Positions 25,843 through 38,282 of a stretch of DNA of 61,221 bases are shown one piece after another. The stretch covers positions 85,820,702-85,881,922 of the forward strand of contig NC_068987.1 in the NCBI RefSeq assembly GCF_001194135.2. The letters run 5' to 3'. Below the pieces are notes generated by a model. The model did not search any database, was not told the origin of the DNA, and saw only the letters and a list, made by a program, of their open reading frames with translations. The stretch comes from Octopus bimaculoides (Eukaryota). The translations under genes and the position numbers were made by a program. The stretch's first letter is position 1. The number at the start of each line of letters is the position of its first letter.

Positions 25843-26692
25843 CACGTCGGTTCAATGGAACAGCATGGTAAGAAACTTCGACAGACACATGTAACCTTAA
25901 CGTGGTACTCAGTGAGATTCAGCATGACGCAGAAAATCAAAAGACTATGCCCTTTGAACTACATATGGATCTATTTTAAAACGGGGGCCACAGTTTTCAT
26001 TAATGTTTTACGTAGTGTTTTTGGTACGGAAAGACTTTCAAACTTCGTATACTTATCTATTTTGTGTTATAGAACAGAAAAATATTTTTGTATTCGAATT
26101 TATTTCATGTAAAAAATTGTTTTATTTCGATAATTTCAACCAATCACTGACAAGTATTCAGTTGTTTACATTTACTCCTTTGGCTGATTAAGCGATGTAA
26201 AGCGTATTTAATCTCCATACCGTCGTTTTATTTGCTCTTTTCATTTTAAATTTGCTTTAACCCTAACCCTAACCCTAACCCTAGAGTTAGTGTTAGGGTT
26301 AGGGTTAGCGTTAATTGTTTCAGAATCGTTTGTTTATGTAGTCGGCACTTAATGTATATCGGCTGAATGGACGTCAGTGATTGGTTGAAATTACAGAAAT
26401 ACGACAACTTTAACATGGAATAACTTATGGATTTCTTTTTTTTTTAAGAAGACTAAGAGAAAAAGATGTTTTATATGACACATTCTACCAGTGTTCCAAG
26501 TTTCAAAGTGTTTCGTTAATGAAAAATGCGGCCCCCGTTTTAAAAAAGATCCCTACATATCGTTGCCAGGTGAGTAGACTGGAGCAACGTGAAATAAACT
26601 GTGTTTAGCAAGCACATAAGCCGCTACCGTGAATCGAACTCACAACCTAACAATAGTGAAGAGAGTACACTAACTACTCAGCCGCGTTCCTC
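25843..26692 (-). mobile_element. SINE (family A-like body with a different head) interrupted by the foldback element
   Basis: Body at 25843-25966 and head at 26553-26692 join cleanly once one copy of the TSD CTACATAT is removed. Confidence 0.7.
25967..26552. mobile_element. Non-autonomous foldback DNA transposon (MITE-like) with 39-bp TIRs and an 8-bp TSD; Merlin-like or hAT-like
   Basis: TIRs at 25967-26005 and 26514-26552 match at 35 of 39 positions and start GGATC. TSD CTACATAT lies at 25959-25966 and 26553-26560. A perfect 21-bp internal inverted repeat is at 26131-26151 and 26373-26393, and a central telomeric-type palindrome is at 26257-26314. Confidence 0.92.
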
Positions 26693-26934
26693 CTTTTCGC
26701 TGTTAGAAATATTTGGGTAACTATTTTTTTCATACATGTGATGTCTTGGAGCAACCGCCAAATAGCGTCATGTGTAAACCATAATAGGTTATGAGTGGAA
26801 GCGGTTTTTACTTGTCATCATTTCTTCACCTTGACGGAGAAGAAAACTATAATTACAAAGGTGTCGAAAGCTTGAGCAACCTGTTGTCTGAAATGCGCCA
26901 CAAGCAAATAGAAAGAACCAATTGCTAGTAATAG

Positions 26935-27007
26935 CAAGTTAGTAGTAGTAGTAGTAGTAGTAATAGTGGTGGTGGTGTTGGTTGTCGCAGTCGCAACAGC
27001 AGCAGCG

Positions 27008-27056
<49 letters not shown>

Positions 27057-27176
27057 TAGTAGTAGTAGTAGTGGTGTCGGTGGTGGTGGTATTAGTAGTT
27101 GTAGCAGTCGCAGCAGCAGCAGCAGTAGTAGTAGTAGTAATAATAGTAGTAGTAGTAGCAGCAGCAGTAGTAGAAG
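26935..27176. repeat. Compound (TAG)n/(TGG)n/(CAG)n trinucleotide array
   Basis: Directly visible; it explains the poly-L and poly-V ORFs. Confidence 0.95.
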
Positions 27177-27454
27177 ATCTTTGTACTCCAGTGAGTAACG
27201 CTTTGTGCTAAACTCTGGGTAGGGGGGGGAGTCGATTCTATCGACCACAGTGCTCAACTGGTTCTTCTTTCAAGAATTTTATTAAATGCAAAGTCCACCT
27301 TGGCCTTGGTAGAATTTCAACTTAGCACCTGAAGCGGGCAGGAATGTTGCTAAACCTTTTTGTCCGGTGGGCTAACAGTTCAGCCAAAACACAGAATTGC
27401 AACAACAGCAACTACTACTACTACTACTACTACTACTACATATAAAAATGATAA

Positions 27455-27687
27455 TAATCGTTTCTACTATAGGCACAAGGCCTGAGGTTTTGCGGAAGGA
27501 GTTAAGGGAACGAGTTGATTACATCGACCCCAGTACTCAAATGGTACTTAATTTATCACCGCACCCCCACGAAAGCATGAAAGGCACAATCGACCTCGGC
27601 AGAATTTGAACTCAGAACATAAAGACAGACGAAATGCCGCTAAGCATTTTTCCCGGCGTGATAACGAATCCGTCAGCTTGCTGCCTT
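27455..27687 (-). mobile_element. SINE family D
   Basis: Reverse-complement match to 28248-28455. Confidence 0.85.
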
Positions 27688-28247
27688 AATAATAATAATA
27701 ACAATAATAATAATAATAACAGCGATGATGATGATAATGATGATAATGATGATGACGATGATGATAAATATTTGACGATAAAACGTACACTAAATAATTT
27801 CCCCTAGATGAAACACTGGGCAAAATTGAATGTGGACGTTGGAGCGAAACGAGTGAAGGGTCCATTCGCAAAATCGTAAATTGTTACGTGCGTCTGCATG
27901 CACACATACACACACACACACACACACACAAACACACACAGACACACACAGAGGCATACACGCAGATATACACGCAGACACTTACACGCAGACAAACACA
28001 CATACATACTTGCCGACGCACACACATACATGCCGACGCACACCCATTCACGCAATAGGAAAACACGTCACTGTTCTGAGGAATGGATTTGTTCAGGTTG
28101 CGTATAAAATTTAACTGACGTCATTCACCTGCTTACATCAAGAAAATTACGCGCTCAAATTTGCATGTAAATACATTTCTTACGCCATTTATAGTGTATC
28201 TTTATTTCTATTTTTTTAACTGCCTGATTTTCATTGTCATTAAAGTT

Positions 28248-28455
28248 CCGAGCTGGCAGAAACGTTAGAACGCCGGGAAAAATGCTTCGTAATATTTCGT
28301 CTGCCGCTACGTTCTGAGTTCAAATTCCGCTGAGATCAACTCTGCTTCTTATCCTTTCGGTGTCGATTATTAAGAACCAGTTGCGTACTGGGGTTGATCT
28401 AATCGACTGACCCTCCTCCCCAAGAATTTCAGGCCTTGTGTCTAGAGTAGAGAAG
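28248..28455 (+). mobile_element. SINE family D (aggccttgtg-type tail)
   Basis: Head and core match 16864-17081; the 3' tail differs. Confidence 0.9.
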
Positions 28456-28587
28456 ATCTCCATTGTGATTCTACCCGATGTTACGTCTTTTGGACTACCT
28501 CACCCTAATGAAATAGATGGAATATTAGTGTTCGATCCTTCTAAGCATTGCTTGCTGACTGCTTAAACTAGCATTTATCCAGCACAT

Positions 28588-28656
<69 letters not shown>

Positions 28657-31210
28657 CAATTACAATCAATATATAGCTGTTATGAGATTGAAAGCAGCAA
28701 GAAACTCAATGATACACTTGATCGCGTATGAACAGCGATACCATTCATTCGAGTTACGTATGAATGAATTTCATTCTTCCTACGTTAACGATTACACTAT
28801 AGTGTTCGTGAGATACCAAATCTTTATAACGTTTCATTTCGCTGCTTCAGTAATTTGGCTTTCTAGTGCTAAATGACTGGCAAATAATCTGAGAAGTGAG
28901 TAAGAAATTTGTCCTTTTTAATAGAATGATTAAAAAAAGAAACATTGTCACTGGTTATAACAGACATTACAAAGTTGGTGGCTCCGATTTAGAAGCTTAT
29001 TTTGAATGGTAAAAATTCTTGGGTGGTGAGACAAAACAAAAAAAAAGAAAAAAACAAGTATAATATTCTCTGCGGTACGGAATAGGAATAATGTTTGCAG
29101 AAGCTCAGTGTTTGATTGACACAATGCAGGTAACAAATCGGATGGATTAAGGATTTTGGGATTACACCCCTATCTCTGAAGGTTGCACAGACACAGCCAT
29201 TTGATAGCAACAGAAGAACGTGACGTGTTCACAGAAAATCAGAGAACATTTACGTTAACGACGCCGTGGTGGACGGTGTTGATGAGCCGCTACATTCCAT
29301 CAGTTTTCGATCTGTCTTTGCAGTTACAACCACCCATCCATCCCAAATGTGATACTAATGCTTCATTTTAGGTGTTACCTACCCTTTCTTAAATGTCAGT
29401 AGTTATTGGAAGCAGAGGTATATTCTCCTGATAAGAAGAGTTGTCCTGATGATACAAACATTCTAGGCAAAAAATATATATTTGGAGTGATCGTCAGTGT
29501 TTGTATGCCCAGAATATATGGGGACCATCAGGGCAATATTTGGGTGTTGAAATGGTGAGTGATCGATATTTGAAATGGTGGGTGATCAGTAATATTTTTC
29601 TGGAAGTACACTGTGATTAAGTGTTATTTCGCGGAGGAAAGTCATAAAATTGGAATGAAACCAATCCATGAATGTTTCCTACTGGCTGAGAAAATAAGGA
29701 AGAATTTCCAGTTCAGCAGTACTGTCTCAAGAGAAGTAATCGATTTTTGGTGCTCAAATAACATTGATTTTATTTTCATTATGTTTGCAGGTATCGGTAA
29801 TGGTGATGCATGCTTCGGTAAATGTATTGCTATAGAAGCACATTGTAAACGAAGGGATCATCTTTTGAATTGAATAATATTTTTTTTTCTTTTTTCTACG
29901 CACCAACTTTTGTAGTTTAAAATATTATATTAATCCCACAAACGCTTATGCATGTCGGTGTGTTCGTCGTTCTATATGTGTCTGTTTATGTATAATATTT
30001 CTAGGTTCTTTAGTAGATTACAAGTGGTACTGATGAATATCAATGATTTTGATACTAGGTTAAACGTAGATCACATATACTTTGGCATATTGGCTGTATT
30101 AGTTAGTGAATGTTTGATTCAGGGCTACTTTTGTTCAGTTTATTATTATTCGAAAATACTGCGTTGAGTAAAAAGTTTTGCCATATTATAGTAATTTATT
30201 TGCTTTATTGGTCAAGTTACAACAAAAGCAGTCTAGCATTCAAAGTAGAAGCCATTGTGTTTCGCCGTCTGAAGCCCCCTTACAGCCAATTCTTTGATCC
30301 TACAAAGAACTCCAGTGGTTCACGTCCTGTGCTCGTGACGCTTTGTCGACCAAGAGAAAGTGGAAGCTTTAGTGAAGTAGGTTTTCGCCGCAAAGGACAA
30401 GAAGCGGTATCAGCGTCGTATCAAGGAAATGTTAGAAAGGTGGTTTCAGACGATGCAACACGATAGCCTCTACTTTGAATATTAGGAAGCGTTTTTTTTT
30501 TGTAACTCCATGAATAAAGCTGACAAGTTAAGAAAATATTACGAAACCTTTGACTCAAAATAATATTTCGCAAAATATTTGTAGAGAGAGAATGTATAAT
30601 ACGCTTACAGCTTTTACCAGCGATTGAAAAATGCATTCAAGGTATATCATGTTAAAACAGACAGATGCATACAAGTAAAATATAAATAACTGCGTATATG
30701 AAATTTAGCCAGGTGTAATAAAATTATTACATTATGGAATGTCATGTTTTATTGTTCCATATTATATATTTTGTTTCTGATTCTACCATTAAGCTTAATA
30801 TAATTTATCTTCAATGCTCATCGCTCTCGCAAAAATTCAGTAAATAGACATTATACCTACTCCAAATGATAATTCGATAAATATTTTATTATTTTTTAAC
30901 CGATTAATTAGGCAGAAACTAACATTCAATGCGCTTTGTTTAACATAAACATTGACGCATACATTTCTTGCTCTCCATATGTATTTACATCGAAGCCGAT
31001 TGCCAAATTCACTAATATTATTAAATTAATTAACATTTCAAAACAACTTCTGACATCGACTGTACAAATCGAAACGCGTATCCACTGCAAATTATATCAT
31101 TGTCCTGAAGGCTACAAAACTTTGGCATCGAATTTTTAAGAGCATATACATAATGTGTGTGAGCGTGTGCATGGTTATATATATATATATATTTAAGCCA
31201 TTCGCCATGA

Positions 31211-31365
31211 TAGATCGCTGAGCACTACACACATTTTTTTTTGTCTCCTTGTTTCTCTCCTTGTTTGTTTCTGTGTTATTTTCTGTTGAAGAGCGTAGGC
31301 TCGAAACGTTAAAGACTTTCTCTATTCCCGAGCGTTATACTTATACATTATACTTATACTAATAC
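31211..31365 (+). mobile_element. Short dispersed repeat with a hammerhead-like motif (second copy inverted at about 35900-36060)
   Basis: Both copies share tagatcgct..cacta, gaag.gcgtaggctcgaaacgt.aaaga.tttctc and ttcccgagcgtta. Confidence 0.75.
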
Positions 31366-31619
31366 CTAGGACAGAGAAACGCACTGTATACATTGGTAGG
31401 CCATTAAAATAGACACATCATAGTTTTCATTTACAAAGACATGTGAGAGAGAAAAAGGGGAGGAAAAGTGGAGATAAAAGGAAAAAAAAATAACAGTAGA
31501 AAATGTAAAGGCGGTGCTCCAGCATAGCCGCAGTCATATGACTGAGACAATTAAAAGAATACAGAAAATAGAGTGGGGAGGAAAGAAAATTTGCAGCGAC
31601 AAAGCTCCTCCCAGTACGT

Positions 31620-31895
31620 GTGACGTACCAGTTAAGACAATATGTTAGACTTATGAATGGTAAGCCATGGATCATTCTTAAATAACTTTCTGTTCCATTT
31701 TTGATTAGTCCAAGTGCTCCAACAATCACTGGTATTCTAAACGTCTTGAAATTCCACAGTTTTTCGATTTCGATTAGCAAATCTTTATATTATCTGAGCT
31801 TATCAAATTCTTTTGCCGAGAGATTATGGTCACAGGCTATGCTCATGTCAATCAATAAACGTACTTTACTGTTTACGTCTTTCACAACAACATCA
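31620..31895 (-). mobile_element. R4/Dong LINE endonuclease fragment
   Basis: PDVVVKD...LLIDMSIACDHN..AKE.DKL.*YKDL.IEIEKLW...IPVIVGALG; it abuts an (ATT)n array. Confidence 0.9.
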
Positions 31896-31897
31896 GG

Positions 31898-31899
<2 letters not shown>

Positions 31900-31936
<37 letters not shown>

Positions 31937-32045
31937 TAGTTTTATTTTTGTAACGTGCTTTCACTTCACTACCGAGCCCAACTCTGTGCGCTTTGCGTAT
32001 GTGCTGTGATGCTCTTATGGATACTGTATTGAAAGTATTTTGCGT
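31900..32045 (-). mobile_element. Very short 5'-truncated Dong 3' end in an (AAT)n array
   Basis: The minus strand reads HILRKILSI, then a short UTR and (AAT)n. Confidence 0.7.
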
Positions 32046-32177
32046 AGAATGTTATTATTATTATTTAAATTATTATTACATGACGAAGGCTGTCATGACA
32101 AACAGTTGTGAAAGCTTCGGTTAGCCGGGCCCATAGTAGATCTTCCGAATGTGCTACAGTGTAGGAGTGAAATTATT

Positions 32178-32214
<37 letters not shown>

Positions 32215-32400
32215 TTAATGATAGTCATAATAATAATAATAATTATTATTATTATTGTTATTATACTAGCGGTTTTCAACTAGTATATATAAATAGGTAT
32301 GACATTAACATTAAACAGCAAATTAAAGATACTTCTATAAAACGAATATAGAAGTAAATAATGTGTGTGTGTGTGTGTTTGTGCAACGTGTGTATTTTTG

Positions 32401-32447
<47 letters not shown>

Positions 32448-33559
32448 NNNNNNNNNNNNNNNNNNNNNNNNNNNNNNNNNNNNNNNNNNNNNNNNNNNNN
32501 NNNNNNNNNNNNNNNNNNNNNNNNNNNNNNNNNNNNNNNNNNNNNNNNNNNNNNNNNNNNNNNNNNNNNNNNNNNNNNNNNNNNNNNNNNNNNNNNNNNN
32601 NNNNNNNNNNNNNNNNNNNNNNNNNNNNNNNNNNNNNNNNNNNNNNNNNNNNNNNNNNNNNNNNNNNNNNNNNNNNNNNNNNNNNNNNNNNNNNNNNNNN
32701 NNNNNNNNNNNNNNNNNNNNNNNNNNNNNNNNNNNNNNNNNNNNNNNNNNNNNNNNNNNNNNNNNNNNNNNNNNNNNNNNNNNNNNNNNNNNNNNNNNNN
32801 NNNNNNNNNNNNNNNNNNNNNNNNNNNNNNNNNNNNNNNNNNNNNNNNNNNNNNNNNNNNNNNNNNNNNNNNNNNNNNNNNNNNNNNNNNNNNNNNNNNN
32901 NNNNNNNNNNNNNNNNNNNNNNNNNNNNNNNNNNNNNNNNNNNNNNNNNNNNNNNNNNNNNNNNNNNNNNNNNNNNNNNNNNNNNNNNNNNNNNNNNNNN
33001 NNATATATATATATATATATAAAGCACTTCCTTCCAAGGAATCTAGTGTAGTGCTCTCAGCTTAGATTCTTTTGGCGCCAGCGAGATTGGAGCAGTCTCG
33101 AGTGTAACCGACCCAACCTGCTAAGATAATTTGGTATTCGACTGAGGATAGGAAGCTCCATATGACCCGTCCTTGTCTTTTCCTGTCCTTTTTTTTGTAT
33201 CGTCAAACTCTCCAGATGTTTTGATGTCTCCTGTTACGCCCTTGTTCCATTTTTTCACGTCGTCGTGAAGTATTACTTTTAGTATGTAGTAAAATATGTC
33301 TATATGTTCATATTAATAAGCACGTTTTATATTTTATACTCATAAACTATTGCAAATCAAGAAAGCTGGCTCATCAGACCACCAGAACATCACGGTTACG
33401 CCAACGATTCAACTCTACATTGATGTAACCATGAGGCTGGCTCTGGTGATCAGATGAGCAATTTTTCTTTATCTACAATAATTTGGAAATATACAATTCT
33501 ATTCTAAAATGCGTTCCATGCATATTGATGCAAATGTTTATTGCACATTGAAATTATTA

Positions 33560-33720
33560 TTACATGACGAAGGTTGCGAAACGGTTGTGAAGGCTTCGGT
33601 TGGCCGGGAACATAGTAGATGATCTTTCCGAATGTGCTACACTGTGGAACTGAAAACGGAATCATCTGTTTGAGAAGTAATCTTCTTACCACCCCGGCGT
33701 GAATTAGTTCAGCACGACTC
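33560..33720 (-). repeat. Unclassified repeat; shorter copy at 32074-32166
   Basis: Both copies share attacatgacgaagg..gttgtgaa.gcttcggtt.gccggg..catagtaga...tccgaatgtgctaca, and both border (ATT)n-like sequence. Confidence 0.75.
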
Positions 33721-36700
33721 GAAATTTCGTAGCCTATGAAACTTTTAGTCGTTTAGAATATAAGAAAAACTGTTAAGTAATAAATGTGAGTCCTATACAC
33801 ATATATGTGTATAGGAGTATGTAAGTGTGTGAATGATTTTAGGAAAGGATAGTTAAATGTTATGTAGATAGTGAAAAGAGAGAGACGTGGGGGGAGAGAA
33901 TTCAATTTTATTAAATTCATCATTGAAATGTGGACGGAGACAATTAATTGCATTAAAGTCTCAGGAAATTTTAGCTGGATGTAATTTAGATATGAAATAT
34001 AAAACTAATTACAGTAAGTATTTACATTATACTGTTTCTGGTAGATTAATGGCCTTCCACTTATACACACGAGCACATCATGATCAATAACAACTAACAT
34101 ACAAACACACATACACACACACACACACATATACACACGGATGCACATATACATATGTATATATGTACACGTATGTAGATGGGTGTTAGTTTATATGGAA
34201 GTATACTTGCATATATATTTCTTTGTATATACGTGTAATGTTTTTTTACGCAATATTGTATATGCTCATATTATCTAACACTGTAATATTTGATATTAAT
34301 TGCGGGAATAAAAGTAATTAAAAATAATGGCTGGATTTCTGAATAGTGAAATGAGAGAGGTCAGATATATGAACTAATCTATAGAAAACGTAAGAGTAAC
34401 GTAGACTAATAGTTCGAAAATATCGAATAATATTTGAAAAAATATATTTAAAAGATTTTTTGATGTCGACAAAAATGTCAGTCAATGATTATTAATTGTA
34501 TTTGTGTTGATTTTTATGGCTTAATTCTGAGGTTTATGTTCACTCTAAACATTCTAAAACATCACAAATGGTACCAGTGAGTTTTTATTCATGCGTTAAA
34601 TGATAATTTATTATGAATAAATCAACAGCTTTATATTTAACAGCAACTTAAATGAAATTTGAAAATAGGAAAAAAAAAATTGTCTTTAATATTGCTATCT
34701 ATATAGCGAAGTTAGAAATAACAGCGTTTTACAGAATGGAATTAATTGCGTGTTTAACAGGAAGAAAGAAAATTAAAAATAGCAAAAAAATGCATGCTGT
34801 CTCGTACATTAAAAAAAAATCATTTAAACATTCAGTACATTGGAAAAAATTTAAAGAGCGGCAAATTCTTTAATTTTATTTATTTATTTTCTATCTCATC
34901 TCATTTCAAATGCTATATACCGCAGAAAAATCTTTACCAATTAATTCTTTCATCAGCATGGCTATTTAAAATAAAAGAAAATTTCTTTTTTTTTTTGTCA
35001 TTTACTTAAAAGATTTCAGTGTTTCCTTTGCGAATTGTTAGTATCGCTTCGTTCTTTGTGTTGTTTTTGATGTTGTAGCTGTTACTGTCTTTGTTGTTCT
35101 TATGATAATTCTTATGATAAGTTTAAGATGGCTGGAAGTCGGTAGAACACCAGTAAAAATTATCATTAATTGTTTAATTTCATCTGGAGTTCAAACCCTG
35201 TTAAGATAACTTTGCTCTTAGTGTCGATAAAATGTATTAAACCCCCTCCCAAAACGCCAAGTCTCGTGTCGATGCTATAAGTCAATATCAAAATTATGTC
35301 TTTAGCAGAATAAGGCGGAATCGCTCTAATGTCGTCCCAATGGCATGTCATATTTATTCGACTCTTTATATATTTTCATTTACGCTTGATTTTCAGAGTC
35401 TAAGAATTTGGAACCTTACCTAGACGCCCCCTTGTGTGGTACAAATTCCATCGTGACCAAATTTGACATCCATTTTCCTCAGGCGGACGAAATAATCTAA
35501 TTGCTGTGCAATGAAGTCAGTTTATTCTACCGATAAATAACAGATTTGAATCGCCTTTTATGATAAGATGACAAGCACCAGTCATGTACACTGATCTATT
35601 CAACTGAATCCCAAAATGCTCTTTCTATGCTCAAAAATCATACAAATTGAACCACATCGGTTCATAATTTTTTAATATAAAAACATGACATAACATTTCC
35701 GCTTATTTTTGGTATATATATATATATATATATATATATNNNNNNNNNNNNNNNNNNNNNNNNNNNNNNNNNNNNNNNNNNNNNNNNNNNNNNNNNNNNN
35801 NNNNNNNNNNNNNNNNNNNNNNNNNNNNNNNNNNNNNNNNNNNNNNNNNNNNNNNNNNNNNNNNNNNATATATATAGTGAGAATATACGAAAAAAACAAA
35901 AGACGAAGACGGGTGTGTAAACAACAAACAGATGTATTAGTTTAACGCTCGGGAAGTGAGAAATTCTTTTACGTTTCGAGCCTACGCGCTTCGACAGAAA
36001 GGAAAATAGAAATAAACAGGGAGAGAAAATAGAAAAAAACGTATAGTGGCTAGCGATCTATATAAGAAGTGAAAGCGGCTCTAGTATACTAAATATTGTT
36101 AAATACATATACTTATGTATATGCTTTGTTCCAGTGGCTGCAATGCGGTAGCGGAGTATATAACTCCCATGTCACCGGTGTTTCTTGCCTCGATCCCGAG
36201 GTCTAAGGTGATGCCTGACACTGAGAAGGAGAAATCAACACAGATCATCTTTATTGCCGACATTTTGAGTCCAGCTCAATGTTTTCAAACACAAGCACAA
36301 TCGTTTGTCTATTTAAGAGCGAGGATAGATCTGTTCGGTTAGTTGCTAGAAACTACTTCACTGAATACTTTAAAATATTTCAAATGAAATTTTTGGCAAC
36401 CAAAACTGCAGGCACATCAACTCTGCTAAAACGGAGCGAGATACCATTAGGAAAGTCATAATTTTCCAACTGATAACAAAAACATAGACTCTATTAAGCT
36501 CCCTTATTAAGAAAACGGAACAGTAATACATTAGTTTCAATCTTTGGCACAAAGTCAGACATTTCAGGCAAGGTAGTAAGTCGGTGATATCAACTCCAAT
36601 TCTTAATAGATGCTTATTTTAATGGGCCTCGATGGAATTCGATCTCAGAAAGTAAAGACGGACAAAATAGGGTTAAGCATTTATACCGACGTGCTATTTG

Positions 36701-36751
36701 TTCTGCCAGCTCACTGCCTTCAATGTTTCATAATATATTGTTTAGATATTT

Positions 36752-36790
<39 letters not shown>

Positions 36791-38074
36791 ACAAACAATA
36801 ATGTCGTAGAATTTGAAATCGTTGAATTTTTTCATCTATTACTGATCAGATTTAATGAAGGCCTTATGATTCTATTACAAAAATAGGTCAACATTGATTT
36901 GCAAAAGTAAATCTTTTCCATCATTTTAGCATTTTGCTCTCCCTGCGGGCTGTCTTGATGGAACTGAAGTTTGGAGTCTATTTTATACAGAGTCTACAAT
37001 GCAAATCTGTTTTTATAAATTTACATTTATGCAGAAACGAAATTTTACTTGTGATAGTGAAGGCTTAAGGAATTAGGCATTCGGCACATGATCATAACGG
37101 CCTGAGTTCGATTCCCGGTGGTGTATAATGTCCTTGAAGAAGTCGTTTTATTCCCCGCCGCTCCAGTCTCCTTTTCTTTCGTCTATAGATTTTAATTTGT
37201 GCATATTGTTGCAGCTCTGGGTTTGAGAAATGCTTTCGTGAGGCCTTTGTAGCAGTATGTGTCGTTTGAACGGCTTCAGAATTATTCATAAAGGAGGGTA
37301 GCACATTTGAGCCACCTTGGAAAATATGTGTTTTAATGTAATTCTAAAGCCCAGACTTGGCACATTCTGTATTACACTGAATATCCCTGTAAACTACGTT
37401 AAAGGTACGAGTGTCCGTGCAGTCCTCAACCTCTTGCACGTTAATTTCATGAGTAGACTATTCCGTTAATCGAATAAACTAGAACCCTTGGCATTGTATC
37501 CGATGGAGTGTCGGTATATAATAACAAAGATGACGCAGTCTTAGTCTCGAAAATTACTTAATGCATTTAATCTTTTGACAATAAGTTTATTGATATTATT
37601 AGGTAAACCCTAATATAATTTGCACATTAGTTAGTTTTCTTCGTGTAGCTCTGGGTATTTACAGCCCTAATTGAAAATTAAACGAAATTATGTCATATTT
37701 AACGAGACTTGAAATATTGTACTTCCATTACGAATAATTTGAAAATTTCTCGATTATTTTCCGATGGAGAGTTGCTAAAACGATCTACCTTCCATTATGA
37801 GGAGTTTGGAAGCCGTTCAGACAACATATACTGCTGCGGAAGCCCCACTAAGATCATTCTCAAACCTAGAGATGCGAAAACGTTAAAAAGTTAAGATATA
37901 TGGACGGTAGAAAAACAAAACCTGCAGTATAATTAGGACGGTTTTGAAAAATAATATGGACTAGGATTGACATGTTTCACTAATACTTTGAAAGTCGTTC
38001 CCTAATGTGACCATACTACAGTGGTGGAAACAAGTGAAAGCGAGAAGATATCTATATATATATAATGCTCTTTG

Positions 38075-38282
38075 TAACCAAGGCACAAGGCCCGAAATTT
38101 TGGGGCAAAAAGCAAGTGGGTTAGATCGACCTCAGTACGCAACTAGTACTTAATTTATCGATCCTGAAAGGATGAAAGGCAAAGTCAACCTTTGCGGAAT
38201 TTGAACTCAAAATGTAACGGCAGTCGAAATACCGCTAAGCATTTCGCCCGGCGGGCTAACGTTTCTGCCAGATGGCCGCCTT
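38075..38282 (-). mobile_element. SINE family D
   Basis: Reverse-complement match to the family D head and core. Confidence 0.9.

Noticed and set aside
26257-26314. True telomere or chromosome-fusion scar
   Set aside because: There are only a few units, and they lie inside a TIR- and TSD-bounded element.
26925-27257. Poly-Leu and poly-Val ORFs resembling signal or membrane peptides
   Set aside because: They are translations of a trinucleotide array.
29790-29873. Possible terminal exon after tttgcAG (GIGNGDACFGKCIAIEAHCKRRDHLLN*)
   Set aside because: An isolated acceptor, no recognisable homology and no linked exon.
36100-36345. GC-richer stretch with splice-like sites on both strands
   Set aside because: No recognisable peptide and no consistent exon boundaries.
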